From Octopus bimaculoides (Eukaryota): DNA of 64,000 nt. The stretch lies in assembly GCF_001194135.2 (NCBI RefSeq), contig NC_068990.1, forward strand, positions 57,470,401-57,534,400. Direction: 5' to 3'. Positions 35,600-49,565 of the stretch are shown here, one piece after another (position 1 is the first letter of the stretch; each line of letters begins with the position of its first letter). A program made the position numbers and the translations under genes. The notes beneath the pieces are model-generated. The model searched no databases. It saw only the letters and a list, made by a program, of their open reading frames with translations, and was not told the origin of the DNA.

Positions 35600-36088
35600 G
35601 TGTGTGTATGTAAAAGAAATGAAAATGACAAGGGAATAAGAAATTATGTCCTCAACACCTAGCTAAAAGTAGTTCATGTCATAATTTCTTATTCTATTAT
35701 CATCATTTAAATTTCTTATTACTGCCCTATACTTGACTGACATTCTGTTCTGGCATATGTGCATTGAGATAACACTAGGTTATCAGTATTATTATGCCTA
35801 AACGAAATAATGATAATAGGCATGGCTATATGGTTAGGAAGCTTGCTTCTCAGTAACATGGTTTCAGGTTCAGTTCCACTGCATGGCACCTTGGACAAGT
35901 GTCTTCTGCTATAGCCGTGGGCTGACCGAAGTCTTGTGATTGAATTTGGTAGGCAGAAGTTACAGTCATGTGTGTACATGTGTGTGCTTGTGCCTCCTAA
36001 CAGAGAGGGAATAATAATAATAATAACAATAATAATAATAATAACAATAATAATAATAATAATAACAATAATAATAATAATAATAATA

Positions 36089-37690
36089 AACATACTGTGA
36101 AAGGATTCAGTGATGATATCGGGATGGAGTTTGGCCTTGAAAATAGTGCCAAAGCCACTTTTAAGAAAGGGAAACTAGTAAAGTCAAGTTCAATAGAACT
36201 AGATGTCGAAACTGTAATAAAAGAACTTGAGCAGGAACAAACCTATAAATACCTAGGAATAAATGAAGGCTCTGGTATCCAGCATGCAAGCATGAAAGAG
36301 AAGGTTAGGAAGGAATGTTATAGAAGAGTTCGAGCAGTTCTGAAGTCTGAGCTGAATGCTTATAATAAGGTGTTAGCCATAAATTCCTTAGCAGTCCCAG
36401 NNNNNNNNNNNNNNNNNNNNNNNNNNNNNNNNNNNNNNNNNNNNNNNNNNNNNNNNNNNNNNNNNNNNNNNNNNNNNNNNNNNNNNNNNNNNNNNNNNNN
36501 NNNNNNNNNNNNNNNNNNNNNNNNNNNNNNNNNNNNNNNNNNNNNNNNNNNNNNNNNNNNNNNNNNNNNNNNNNNNNNNNNNNNNNNNNNNNNNNNNNNN
36601 NNNNNNNNNNNNNNNNNNNNNNNNNNNNNNNNNNNNNNNNNNNNNNNNNNNNNNNNNNNNNNNNNNNNNNNNNNNNNNNNNNNNNNNNNNNNNNNNNNNN
36701 NNNNNNNNNNNNNNNNNNNNNNNNNNNNNNNNNNNNNNNNNNNNNNNNNNNNNNNNNNNNNNNNNNNNNNNNNNNNNNNNNNNNNNNNNNNNNNNNNNNN
36801 NNNNNNNNNNNNNNNNNNNNNNNNNNNNNNNNNNNNNNNNNNNNNNNNNNNNNNNNNNNNNNNNNNNNNNNNNNNNNNNNNNNNNNNNNNNNNNNNNNNN
36901 NNNNNNNNNNNNNNNNNNNNNNNNNNNNNNNNNNNNNNNNNNNNNNNNNNNNNNNNNNNNNNNNNNNNNNNNNNNNNNNNNNNNNNNNNNNNNNNNNNNN
37001 NNNNNNNNNNNNNNNNNNNNNNNNNNNNNNNNNNNNNNNNNNNNNNNNNNNNNNNNNNNNNNNNNNNNNNNNNNNNNNNNNNNNNNNNNNNNNNNNNNNN
37101 NNNNNNNNNNNNNNNNNNNNNNNNNNNNNNNNNNNNNNNNNNNNNNNNNNNNNNNNNNNNNNNNNNNNNNNNNNNNNNNNNNNNNNNNNNNNNNNNNNNN
37201 NNNNNNNNNNNNNNNNNNNNNNNNNNNNNNNNNNNNNNNNNNNNNNNNNNNNNNNNNNNNNNNNNNNNNNNNNNNNNNNNNNNNNNNNNNNNNNNNNNNN
37301 NNNNNNNNNNNNNNNNNNNNNNNNNNNNNNNNNNNNNNNNNNNNNNNNNNNNNNNNNNNNNNNNNNNNNNNNNNNNNNNNNNNNNTAGGAATGATAAAAA
37401 AAAGGTACTGAAACCTATTTGAAAATGATACCAGGCTTACCATTTCTACAGGAAGTGCAAAAAATCGTGCTAACTGGAACGACTCATGTACTAAGAAGAG
37501 CATTATCGCTGTGAAAACAACATCCATTCATGAATTATTATTTTTTTTTTATTTCTTAAATACATGTTTTACCTGTGAATTTGCATGTGTAAATTGGGAA
37601 TGCATACAACGAGTTTCTCTGCCCTAGGTGTACGGAAAACACTCGGCGAGAAATGGGAGAAAATTTGAAGAAAGAAGAAAAAAAACAACA
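36089..37690 (+). mobile_element. R4/Dong-clade non-LTR retrotransposon copy 1, 5'-truncated, spanning a gap
   Basis: VKGFSDDIGMEFGLENSAKATFKKG...YKYLG; C-terminus QEVQKIVLTGTTHVLRRALSL*; (AAT)n on both sides. Joining the two halves across the gap is an inference. Confidence 0.8.
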
Positions 37691-37712
37691 TAATAATAAT
37701 AATAATAATAAC

Positions 37713-37771
<59 letters not shown>

Positions 37772-37793
37772 TAATAATAATAATAATAATAAT

Positions 37794-39050
37794 AAAAGTA
37801 AACTCAATGGAAAAAACGAAATCAGGGCAATGATCACATGGCCTGTTTCCTTAATGTGTTATGGTGCAGATGTTGTTAAGTGAATGAGCTTGAGGAAAAC
37901 TAGAAAAGTGATGACAAGATCTACATCCCAAAAGTGTTACTGACAGACTGTATGTGCCTAGAAACAGGGGTGGAAGAGGTCTCCTAAGACCAAGATTTGT
38001 GTTGTCAATGAGGAGAACAGTCTGGGATAGTACATCAAACAGTAGAGCAAATCCTTGCTTGCCGCTGTTAGAATTAACAATATAATACCCACTGAAAATG
38101 CGATGCACCCACAAACATTTAAGAAACAAGATGAAGAAGAAAGAATAAACAACTGGAAAATGAAACCACTACATGGGCAATACCTCAGAGAAATCGAAGG
38201 AAAAGACAAGATCAACACTTGGAGATGGCTTAGAAAAAGTGATTTGATAGGATGCACTGAGGCATTGATGTGCAGTGCTCAGAAACAAGCTCTGAGAACT
38301 AATTACACCAAGTCCCAAATAGATAAGAGTAGCAAATCTCCCCTTTGTAAGATGTGTGGCAGCAGAAATGAAACAATCTCACATACTGTGAGTGAGTGTA
38401 GCAAGCTGGCCCAAAAACACTACAAAAGGGTACACAATAATGTGGCTTAAGTTTGTCCACCAAAAGGCTATGTGAAAAGTACGGCCTGAACAGAGCATGG
38501 AAATGGTACAAACATGAACCAGGAGTCACTGAGAACAAGGAATATAAGATACTGTGGGATTTTACAATCCAATGTAACTGCCTAATCATGGCACAGAGAC
38601 CAGATGTTGTTGTGGTAGACAGAGGAATAAAAAGGAAACCAAGATTATAGATATTGCAATGCCTGAAGATCTCATGCATAATTGACAAAGAACTAGAAAT
38701 GATTGCAAAGTACAAACTACTAAAAGACGAAATTGCAAGAATGTGGACTTTGAGGAGAGCATCTGTCATTCCATTCCAATAGTTAGTAGGGACACTTAGT
38801 GCACTAACAACCAAGTTTGAGAAATATGTCAAAGAAATTAGAATTGACATGAGAGCAGAGCAAGCCTAAAAAGCAGCTCTGTTGGGGACAGCTAGGAATT
38901 TGAGATCGGTACTCGGATGTTGAATGTCTCCCATGGTAATTAACAGCCAAGTATCGAAGCTTGTAATGGGTGGAAAGAGACCCTGTTAGATCTCTGATAA
39001 CAGGATGCCATCTGCTCTCACAAAATCTACCAGAACAAACAAGACTAAAT
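37794..39050 (+). mobile_element. R4/Dong-clade copy 2, 5'-truncated
   Basis: CCHC knuckle CKMCGSRNETISHTVSEC; restriction-like endonuclease ILWDFTIQ...RPDVVVVD...IDIAMP; starts right after (AAT)n. Confidence 0.85.
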
Positions 39051-39056
39051 GTTCAT

Positions 39057-39287
39057 ATTTCCCTATTGCACACAAGGGGCTAAACATAGAGAGGACAAAC
39101 AAGGACAGACAAAGCGATTAAGTTGATTAGATCGACCCCAGTGCGTAAATGGTACTTAATTTATTGACCCTGAAAGGATGAAAGGCAAAGTCGACATCAG
39201 CAGAATTTGAACTCAGAACGTAGCGGCAGATGAAATACTGCTAAGCATTTCGCCGGGCGTGCTAACGTTTCTGCCAGCTTGCCACCT
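39057..39287 (-). mobile_element. SINE family B, tail type 2
   Basis: Homology to 20560-20796. Confidence 0.9.
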
Positions 39288-39337
39288 GAGAAGTAAAACG
39301 ATAATATAATGATGATGATAATAATAATAATAATAAC

Positions 39338-39374
<37 letters not shown>

Positions 39375-39377
<3 letters not shown>

Positions 39378-39546
39378 TCTAATGGAGGCACAAGGCCTCA
39401 AATTTGGGGAGAGTGGACTAGTTGATTACATCAACCCCAGTGTTTCACTGGTACTTGGTTTATCAAGCCTGAAAGGATGAAAGGCAAAGTTGACCTCAGA
39501 GGAATTTGAACTCAGAACATATTCACTCAGCATGCTAATCAGTCTG
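39375..39546 (-). mobile_element. SINE family B, tail type 1
   Basis: Homology to family B. Confidence 0.8.
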
Positions 39547-41476
39547 CCAGCATTTTCCAGGGTGACTCTTTATCGTCACTCCTCTTTTGTCTGGCCTTAA
39601 TACTTCTTTTGAAATTGCTTGATGATGTACAATATGGCTATAAAATTTTTTATAAAATTACAAATCATATCTTTTATAATGATGATTGAAATCTCTTTGC
39701 AAAAATTGACCAACAACTAACAACAAGGCTTACTATCAATTGTAAAACAGTTCAGTGATGACATCAGGATGGAATTTGGCCTAGATAAATGGGCAAAAGC
39801 TATCTTTTTCAGAGGGAAAATGATAGAAACATCCAATGTTAAACTTGACCAACAGAATGTTATAAAGGAGTTAGAACCAGAGGAGAGCTACAAATACCTA
39901 AGGGTATTTGAAGGTGATGGCATCAAACATTCAGTGATGCAGGAAAAGATCAGAAACGAATGTTATCGCAGGGTAAGGGCAATACTCAAGACAGAGCTGA
40001 ATGCAAGAAACAGGATCAAAGCAATCAATATTTTAGCCATACCGGTCGTGACTTAACAGTTTCAATACTATTATCTGGTTAATAACTGAAATCTGTAATC
40101 TTGACAGAAAGATATTAAAATTGTTGACAATGAATGGAATGCACCACCCTAAGGCAGATATAGAATGACATTACCTGCTAAGAAAAGAGGGTAGCTGTGA
40201 ACTTTTACAACTGGAATTAACATTGAAAATTGCCACAATTGGCCTAAACACCTACCTGAAAAACTCTGAAGACTGGATGTTAAAAGTTGTCTTAAAGCAT
40301 GAAAATAAGAAAACATCATACTCAGTAATAAAACGGGTAAAGAAATATCTAAGTGAATTACAAATACAATAAATCCTAAAATTAGACCTACTGGATACAA
40401 GCACAGAAAAAGCTTATGAAAACCTGTGCTAAAACTGCTGCTTTAGAAATTCTTACTGATAAATGGCAAGAAAAGCCTCTGAGTGGCAAATATCCAAAGA
40501 TAGGTAATAATGCTGATGTCAACAAAGCACTTTCCCATCAATGGTTAGTGTCTTCTGGCTTAAAATAAGAAACAGAAGGGTTTATCATAACAACCCAAGA
40601 TCAATGCCTGCCTATAAGAAGCTACCAGGCCAACATCTTAAAGACAGTCATAGCCCAACATGTCGTGCATGTAAACAACAAAATTAAAGTATCGATCATG
40701 TCTCCATGTGCAATCATTTTGTGCCTACAGGGTATCTCAGCAGGCATGACAGAGCAGCACAGTACATTCACTGAGTAGTTTGTAAAGACTTTGACCTGCC
40801 CCATGATAAAAACTGGTGGGAACACAAACCACCTCCAATGCTTGAAAATGATCACTTCTCACTCCTTTGGAACTTTCCTGTTCAAACTGACAGAAAGATA
40901 GATGCAAGTAGGCAAAAATCATGCCCCCTCATTGATATGACTGTCCCAATCGACATAAATGTGTCTATCAAGACCTACCAAAAACTGAGCAAGTATAAAG
41001 ATTTTCAAATAGAAATTAGCAAATGTGGAATCTCAAGACTAAAACAATACCTGTTGTCATAGATCTCTAAGAATGATAGCAAAAGAGACTGATTGCTGCC
41101 TGTCTCAGATACCAGGAAAGCCAAAACTGAAAGAAATTTTTAAAATAGTGCTCATGGAAACTGCTCATATCTTACAAAAATATTGTCTATATAATCCCCA
41201 AAACATTTTAATCTGTAAACATTGTTAAAGGTACTTTTAAATGTACATAAAAGCAAACACATTTTACTGAGATATTAACATTACACTATCATCTTATCAT
41301 CAAATTACTTTTAAAACAAACTTTTAATTTTCGTATGTTTTGACAGACATTCTCTAGAACAATACTCTATGCAAAACCAGAAGTGTGGCACCCTAGTCAT
41401 AATACCAATTTGAACTTGTCTAGATAAGACTTGGAGTCAATTTGTACAACTTCAAAGCAAAAGCCAAACATGTATT
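39547..41476 (+). mobile_element. R4/Dong-clade copy 3 (RT through endonuclease and 3' UTR)
   Basis: IFQGDSLSSLLF, MEFGLDKWAKA, LLWNFPVQTDRKIDA...LIDMTVP; ends at (AAT)n. Confidence 0.88.
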
Positions 41477-41515
41477 AATAATAATAATAATAATAATAAT
41501 AGTAATAATAATAAT

Positions 41516-41715
41516 CCTTTCTACTATAGGCACAAGGCCTGAAACATTGGGGGAGAGGATAAGTCGATTACATCAACCCCAGTACTCAACTGATACTTAT
41601 TTTATCAACCACAAGAGGATGAAAGGCAAAGTTGACCCCAGCAGCACTTGAACTCAGAATGTGAAGACAGTTGAAATGCTACTAAGCATTTTGTCCGGCG
41701 TGCTAATGATTCTGT
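41516..41715 (-). mobile_element. SINE family B, tail type 1
   Basis: Homology to family B; shares the (AAT)n tract with Dong copy 3. Confidence 0.85.
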
Positions 41716-42682
41716 AATAACAATAATATATATGTGTGTACACGTAATTATGTATATACCATACAAATATATGTACGTATGATTTATGCATGATATGTAT
41801 GTATACATATGTATATATGTATGTACATGTAAATTTGAGCAAAATGTTACCTATAGAAATGTATGCACATATATACTTGCACACACACACACACACGTAC
41901 ACTTGCACATGCACACACACACACACACATGCACAAATACACACACACATGGGTAAATAGATCTCCATTGACTTCAACAATGAGCTGTTTGATCAGCTGA
42001 ATTATCTGCTCATTGAATTAACCTCTAATTGGTTGAGCATTTCACATAAGCACATACCTTTAGTGTAATACTCAAGCAGAACCAGAATGAGCCACTTTGT
42101 GACAAAGCCAAACCTTGTTAATTACAGGTACAATCCATTTGATAAACATTTGCACAGCTACTGCCTCCATACAAATGCACATATATGCAAACTTGCACAC
42201 ATGAAGGCCATTATAAGGGCATTAGGGTATTACATATATTAAAACCAGTAGGTATAAGTAACATGGGGCTTCTTCATATACTGACATTAACCATAAGCTG
42301 AATGTACCTGGTAGAAGTGTTTCATTAGGCTTTCCATTGATGCTGTTTCCAGTAGGCTACCCTTGGGCATTTAAATCTCTCTATCATTTTGTTACTCAAT
42401 TGGATGTTTGTCTCTTAGACAATATCACATTTACTACAACGTGATATTGTCACCTTTCTGTTAATTCACTTGAGGCTATTGGCAGCAAGATTTATTTGCA
42501 TGTTCTGGATTATGATGTGACCATGGAGAGGAGAAAAAAAACTTATTGATCCTCTATATATCATAGCAATTAGTTTTGTATCCAAATAACACACCAAATT
42601 CTTGTCAAATGGAAGTTTTAATTGTGTCCAGCTTCTAAAGTATCTGACAAATAGTTATATTTTGCAATAAAATATATCATAT

Positions 42683-42900
42683 AAGGCAGCAAGCTGACAG
42701 AAATATTAGCATGCCGGGCAAAAAGCTTAGCAATATTTTGTGTGTCACTATGTTCTGAGTTCAAATTCTGCCGAGGTCAACTTTGCCTTTCATCCTTTCG
42801 GAGTCAATAAATTAAGTACCAGTTACATACTGAGGGTCAATCTAATCGACGGGCCCTCTCCCCAAAAGTTTCGGGCCTTGTGCCTAGAGAAGAAAAGAAT
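42683..42900 (+). mobile_element. SINE family B, tail type 1
   Basis: Homology to family B. Confidence 0.88.
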
Positions 42901-43393
42901 AAAATATATTATCAACATTCCTATTGGTAACATTTTGTTCAAGATTTTAAATACATTCACATGTGTACGCTTTTGACAAAAATATTTGTAGAATAAATAT
43001 TTTGACAAAACTTGTTTCACAGTTAACCAGAATTTTTTACTTATCATGCATTATACTTTGTATAGCATAAGCCCCAGCTCATCTTTTTAAGTTGTGTGGA
43101 TTGGAAATATACATAAGAAATGAAGTGATTCAGGTAATTTGGTATCTCAGATACAGAGATTTGGTAAATACAGTACAGAAACTGATGGGGTGGAATAAAT
43201 ATTCATCATATGTTACTCAATGTTCCTGAGTTCTAAACTCAAATCCTGTTAGGTTTGACATTGATAGTGTTAGATAACATAATATGAAAGCACCACATGA
43301 AAGCTAACTCACAATGATGAATAAGATGAGAAGAAGGATAAAGGCCATAAGATCAAAATGTCATCACCTTCTTGCAGTTAGACTGACTATTAC

Positions 43394-43458
43394 TTGGTGA
43401 CAAATGATGACAATGCTGTTCCGCCAACAAAGCGCTCATAGCTTCTTTCATATATAAC
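43394..43458 (-). CDS. Candidate internal exon, product unknown (VIYERSYERFVGGTALSSFVT)
   Basis: CAG|GTT acceptor after a pyrimidine tract; AA|GTAATA donor with an in-frame stop just past it; phase-compatible with 31596-31738. Confidence 0.35.
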
Positions 43459-43984
43459 CTGTGCTTGCCATGAGATGAGAGAGGAACCTTGAAACTACCA
43501 TATTTACTACTTGTAAAATAAATATCAATGAGCCAATGAAGGAGCCTCTATATGATCACTCAATTTGCTAGAAATACTAACCAAATTTCACTTCACTATT
43601 TCATAACAAAAAAAAACAAAACACATATTTCATCCCCACAGCCAGCTTCACAGCATTTGTTATTGCAGATATCTCCTAATTTTTTTTGGCTGCATTCCAT
43701 CTCCTACAACCTACAAAGGAATAAAACAATAAATTCTTTAACGATGTGTGGAGATTTGCTTGCTGCATGGATATAATTCTGTCTATGCATTGGTAAAGAT
43801 ATTTGTTATTTGTTGTTTTTTTTTAGTTCCAAGTCAGACCTTGACTAAACAATTGCAAGAACAAAGGTATTGCTGTCAGGATCATTCCATTTTATATAGG
43901 TACATGGAACTGTACCATCTAGCATCTAATTTGCTACCTCTTCAAAGTAATCGGATATTTAAAAGCTAATGAGGGTCCCTCTAT

Positions 43985-44389
43985 ATCAGCAGTTCTTAAC
44001 TAGGGTCTGTATGACCCTTGGAGGTCCATATGACTCTAGGGTCTGTATGACCCTTGGGGGTCCATGTAGATCTTGGAGGGGGTCTGTATAAGATTTTGTT
44101 GTTGAAATTTATGTGCAATAAACTGATTATGCTTCTACAATAGACGAAATATTTTAACAATTTGTTATTACAATTCCTAATAATATTTACTCTTTTACTT
44201 GTTTCAGTCATTTTGACTGTAGCCATGCTGGAGCACTGCCTTTTAGTCGAGCAAATTGACCCCAGGACTTATTCTTTGTAAGCCTAGTACTTATTTTATC
44301 AGTCTCTTTTGCCGAACCGCTAAGTTACGGGGACATAAACACACCAGCATCAGTTGTTAAGCGATGTTGGGGAGACAAATACAGACACA

Positions 44390-44440
<51 letters not shown>

Positions 44441-44705
44441 GCATATATACGATGAGCTTCTTTCAGTTTCCGTCAACCAAATCCACTCACAAGGCTTTGG
44501 TCGGCCCGAGGCTATAGTAGGAGACACTTGCCCAAGGTGCCATGCAGTGGGACTGAACCTGGAACCATGTGGTTGGTAAGCAAGCCACTTACCACACAGC
44601 CACTAAAGATTTCTTTTTAACATCAAATGGCTATAAGGTTCGCATGAATAAAATAAGAATCAAAGAGTCCATAGGTCAAAAAAAAGAAATAGAAGAACCA
44701 CTGCT
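43985..44705. mobile_element. hAT-like MITE interrupted by a family A SINE
   Basis: Ends cagcagttcttaac / gaagaaccactg; a related end lies in opposite orientation near 30925; ~37 bp tandem duplication near the left end. Confidence 0.55.
44188..44605 (-). mobile_element. SINE family A
   Basis: Close to the family A type. Confidence 0.9.
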
Positions 44706-44771
44706 CTGTATGATTGCTTGACTAGCAAGAAATAGTAGAACAATGTCTTTCAATCAACATCCACCTTACAA

Positions 44772-44990
44772 TCATCGTCGTCGTCATCAAAATCCTTATC
44801 ATTTTAACATCGGTGTTTCCACACTTGCATGGGTTGGATGCAGTTTTATTAAGGCAAATTTTCTACAGTCGGATAGTTTTCCTGTTGCCAATCCATACCT
44901 GTTTCCAAGCAAAGTAATATTTCACCATGCCCATGTGTGTTCTTGCTGAATATACAAGTTATGTCACCCACTTCCAAGTGGGTGACATAA
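44772..44990 (-). mobile_element. RTE-type tail fragment
   Basis: catgggttggatg...ttctacagtcggatag...cctgtttccaagcaaagtaat. Confidence 0.65.
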
Positions 44991-45074
44991 CTTGTATGAT
45001 AGTGACAATTATTTTACAACTTGTAAGCAAAAATCAAGATAAAAAGACACAGATACACATACTCACACACAAAA

Positions 45075-45132
<58 letters not shown>

Positions 45133-45159
45133 NNNNNNNNNNNNNNNNNNNNNNNNNNN

Positions 45160-45208
<49 letters not shown>

Positions 45209-45304
45209 ATGAATAATAGAAAATGGATAGAATGACATGCTTTATTATACATCCTTACATTCATACATATATATGCATGTAGGCACAGATGTGACTGTGT
45301 GGAT

Positions 45305-45690
45305 AGGCACAGGAGTGGCTGTGTGGTAAGAAGCTTACTTACCAACCACATGGTTCTGGGTTCAGTCCCAGTGCGTGGCACCTTGGGCAAGTGTTTTCTA
45401 CTATAGCCTCAGGCCTTGTGAGTGGATTTATTAAATAGAAACTGAAAGAAGCCTGTATATGTGTGTGTGTGTGTGTGTGTGCATGTGTGTCTGTTTGTCC
45501 CTCCACCATCACTTGACAACCGATGTTGGTGTGTTTATGTCCCCATAAACTAGCAGTTCAGCAAAAGAGACCGATAGAATAAGTACTAGGCTTACAAAGA
45601 ATAAGTTCTGGGGACAATTTGTTCAACTAAAGGCAGTACTCCAGCATGGCTACAGTCAAATGACTGAAACAAATAAAAGAATAAAAGAAT
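45305..45690 (+). mobile_element. SINE family A (short head duplication just upstream)
   Basis: Homology to family A. Confidence 0.88.
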
Positions 45691-45714
45691 ATATATATAT
45701 AAATACATACATGT

Positions 45715-46240
45715 CTTTTATCTTTTACTTGTTTTTTTGTCATTAAACTATGACCATACTAGAGCACCACCTTGAAGAATTTTTAGTTAAATGAATTGAT
45801 CCCAGTACTTTTTTTAAGCTTGGTACTTATTCTACCAGTCTCTTTTGCTGAACTACTAAGTTACAGAGATGTAAACACAAGCAGTGGTGGAGGACATCCT
45901 CATGCACAAAGACACACCCACCACATACACACACTCACACACACTCTCACATGCACACACACACATACACACACATACAGACACACTCATATACATATGA
46001 CAGGCTTCTTTCAGTCTCCATCTACTAATCCACTCACAAGGCTTTGGTCAGTCTGAGGCTATAGTTGAAGACATTTGATCAAGGTGGGACTGAACCTGGA
46101 ACCATGTGGTAAATCCACTCACAATGCTTCGGTCATCTTGAAGTTATAAACACACTTGCTTAAGGAGCCATGCACTAGGACTGGCCCCAAAATCATGTGG
46201 TTGAAGAACAGACCTCTTATCACATGGTCATGCCTGTGTC
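45715..46240 (-). mobile_element. SINE family A, diverged, with internal duplication
   Basis: Homology to family A. Confidence 0.75.
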
Positions 46241-46513
46241 TATAACAAAAAACAAAAAAAAAATACATGTTAGGTGATGTACTTTGTGATACCAAAGTAT
46301 TACCAAAGATGGAATATAAAAGGGACGTTCATGGCTTGTCTGTTTCTTTTAATCATAGGCTTGCTTGATCAGGGCTATTTGCTGTTAAACAACAACAATT
46401 GGAATGACTTGATTATGAGTTTGTTCAATCGTAGTTAACCTGAAGCTAAATAACAACAACAACAACATTGATACCACTGCTGCCAACAACAGCAACAACC
46501 ACCACCACGATGA

Positions 46514-46553
<40 letters not shown>

Positions 46554-48394
46554 AGAATATTTAGTTGAAAACATGCTTACTTACATTCTTTCTTTCTTTT
46601 CAAAATGGTCCAAAAACACTCTAAAAATTATATAATTAAACGCTGTGTTTCTGCTTCATTGGAACTTCTTCTCATAATAGAGAAAGAAGAATATTCCTCA
46701 AGACATATTGGCAATCAGTTTGATAAAATAAATTAGAAAATATTACAAAGTTTACATCAGAAGCAAATGTTCAAAATGTCTTTATTGTGGGTATTGTCAG
46801 AACCCATAAACATATCGATAATTTTGATATCATTCCAAGATACATACATATATATATATATATACATATATATTCATTTTGTATTGTGTGTTTTTTGTTG
46901 TTGTTTTTTGTTTTCTTTTTACTTTGTTGAGAGAATATTGTTTTTTTTGCATCATTGGTTGATAATTGCTGGCGAATGTTCTAATATGCTAAGTGTCGTT
47001 ACAACTGCTTTTCAACACATGTCTTTGTTGATCAAATTGTAAAACTGCCAATAAGATATGGAAGTACATCCAATAATATGTATGTATGTATGTATGTATG
47101 TGTATGCATATATGTATGTATGTATGCAGAAAAAACTGAATGCATTTATATATACATTGTGATTATGCCTTCATTAGACATAGCCATTAAATTGTTTCAT
47201 ATCATTCAAAATAAGATGTTTGTATACTTGTGATGGTGTTGGTGGTGGTAGTAGTGGTACCAGTGGCAGCAGTGGTGTTGTGGTGGTGTTGGTGGTGGTG
47301 GGGATGCGTGGATGGTGTCTATTCTATTCTCTGATCACCACTGATGATTCTGGCTTATTGATACTTAAGCTAAGTCAATCCCAAGATGAACTATGACACT
47401 CAGATATATTATTCCAAATATACTATGTCCTTATGTACCTGGAGATCATACAACAAGCACTGACTGTATAATAAAAAGTGAATATGTGTGTATATGTGTA
47501 CGTATGTGTTTATGTATGTCAATGTTTGTGTGTGTGTGCGTGCAGCGCATGCATGTGTGTGTGTGCATGCATGTGTGTATGTATTTTATTGTTGTTGTTT
47601 AACCCCAGGTCAGCTCTAATATGGTTAAAAGCCACTCTAACAATTACCATATTGTCTGTATTTTTAGAATTTATTTTATCCCATGCTGGGTGTGATTTGA
47701 TATAGCTGTAGCTGCTATTTTTAGCATGTTGAACAACTGTGTAGACGCTCATTGACTTGCACTATAAGTAGAAGATGTGCTGTACTGCTTTTTGTCTATT
47801 TTTTACAAAGAGTACAAGAATCCCTGCCTCAGTGAGCTAACAATTTTCATACCATCCTCTCACATGGCAACCTGATTAATTCAACTCCCTCTTCTTGTTT
47901 CATTATCGTATCATTATTGCATCACTTATCCTCCAGACTCGAAGTTATATAATTTTGGAAAAGTATGTTCAGTAGAAATTCAAGTGGAACATTAATCATG
48001 TGAACATTGTTCGAAAATAATTGTTCAAAAACAATTATTCAAAAAACACTGATTTGAATGTCAATATGGTGAGGCAGTTGATGAAATTAACCTCAGAATA
48101 TCTCTTGTACTCATTTTATTGATACTAGGGAGAGTGAAAGACAAAGTTGGCTGTGATAGGATTTGGCAGTCTTTGTTATATTAGTAAATTATATTAATTA
48201 AAATTATAGAAGAGAATATTCAATTGAATCAATGTCCAGTGTATTACTGAATGTTATTGCATCTATCTTGGAAGAAGGGAAAGCAACATCTATATAGGCA
48301 GGGCTTAAACCCAGAAAGTGAAGAGTTGGCAGTCTATTCCTTCATAAAAGGTACATATTCAGAAACAATTTTCTATATTTATGTAGATAAACAT

Positions 48395-48554
48395 AGGTGC
48401 ACACATACCTATGTGGTAAGAAGCTCGCTTCCCAACCACAAGGTGCCAGGTTCACTCCCATTGTGTGGCACCTTGGGTAAATGTCTTGTACTATAGCCTC
48501 AATCAGACCAAAGTCTTGTGAGTAGATTTAGTACACAGAAATTGAAAAGAAGCC

Positions 48555-48608
<54 letters not shown>

Positions 48609-49265
48609 NNNNNNNNNNNNNNNNNNNNNNNNNNNNNNNNNNNNNNNNNNNNNNNNNNNNNNNNNNNNNNNNNNNNNNNNNNNNNNNNNNNNNNNNNNNN
48701 NNNNNNNNNNNNNNNNNNNNNNNNNNNNNNNNNNNNNNNNNNNNNNNNNNNNNNNNNNNNNNNNNNNNNNNNNNNNNNNNNNNNNNNNNNNNNNNNNNNN
48801 NNNNNNNNNNNNNNNNNNNNNNNNNNNNNNNNNNNNNNNNNNNNNNNNNNNNNNNNNNNNNNNNNNNNNNNNNNNNNNNNNNNNNNNNNNNNNNNNNNNN
48901 NNNNNNNNNNNNNNNNNNNNNNNNNNNNNNNNNNNNNNNNNNNNNNNNNNNNNNNNNNNNNNNNNNNNNNNNNNNNNNNNNNNNNNNNNNNNNNNNNNNN
49001 NNNNNNNNNNNNNNNNNNNNNNNNNNNNNNNNNNNNNNNNNNNNNNNNNNNNNNNNNNNNNNNNNNNNNNNNNNNNNNNNNNNNNNNNNNNNNNNNNNNN
49101 NNNNNNNNNNNNNNNNNNNNNNNNNNNNNNNNNNNNNNNNNNNNNNNNNNNNNNNNNNNNNNNNNNNNNNNNNNNNNNNNNNNNNNNNNNNNNNNNNNNN
49201 NNNNNNNNNNNNNNNNNNNNNNNNNNNNNNNNNNNNNNNNNNNNNNNNNNNNNNNNNNNNNNNNN

Positions 49266-49306
<41 letters not shown>

Positions 49307-49565
49307 ATATATATACACACATATATATTTACATATATATCTGCATGTGTGTGTGTGTGTCTTTGTGTCTGTGTTTGTTCCTCGTCACTGCTTGGCAGCT
49401 GGTGTTGGTGTGTTGACATCCCAATAACATAGCCAGTTCAGCAAAAGAGACTGATAGGATAAGTACCAGACTTTAAGGAAAAAATGTCCTGGAGTTGATT
49501 GGCTTGATTAAAAAATTCCTTCAAGGCTGTGCTCCAGCATGGCCGCAGTCTAATGACTGAAAGAA
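48395..49565 (+). mobile_element. SINE family A spanning a gap in its central (AT)n
   Basis: 5' half before the gap, 3' half after it. Confidence 0.8.

Noticed and set aside
37556-37883. Poly-Leu / poly-Asn ORFs
   Set aside because: Translations of the (AAT)n tract between Dong copies.
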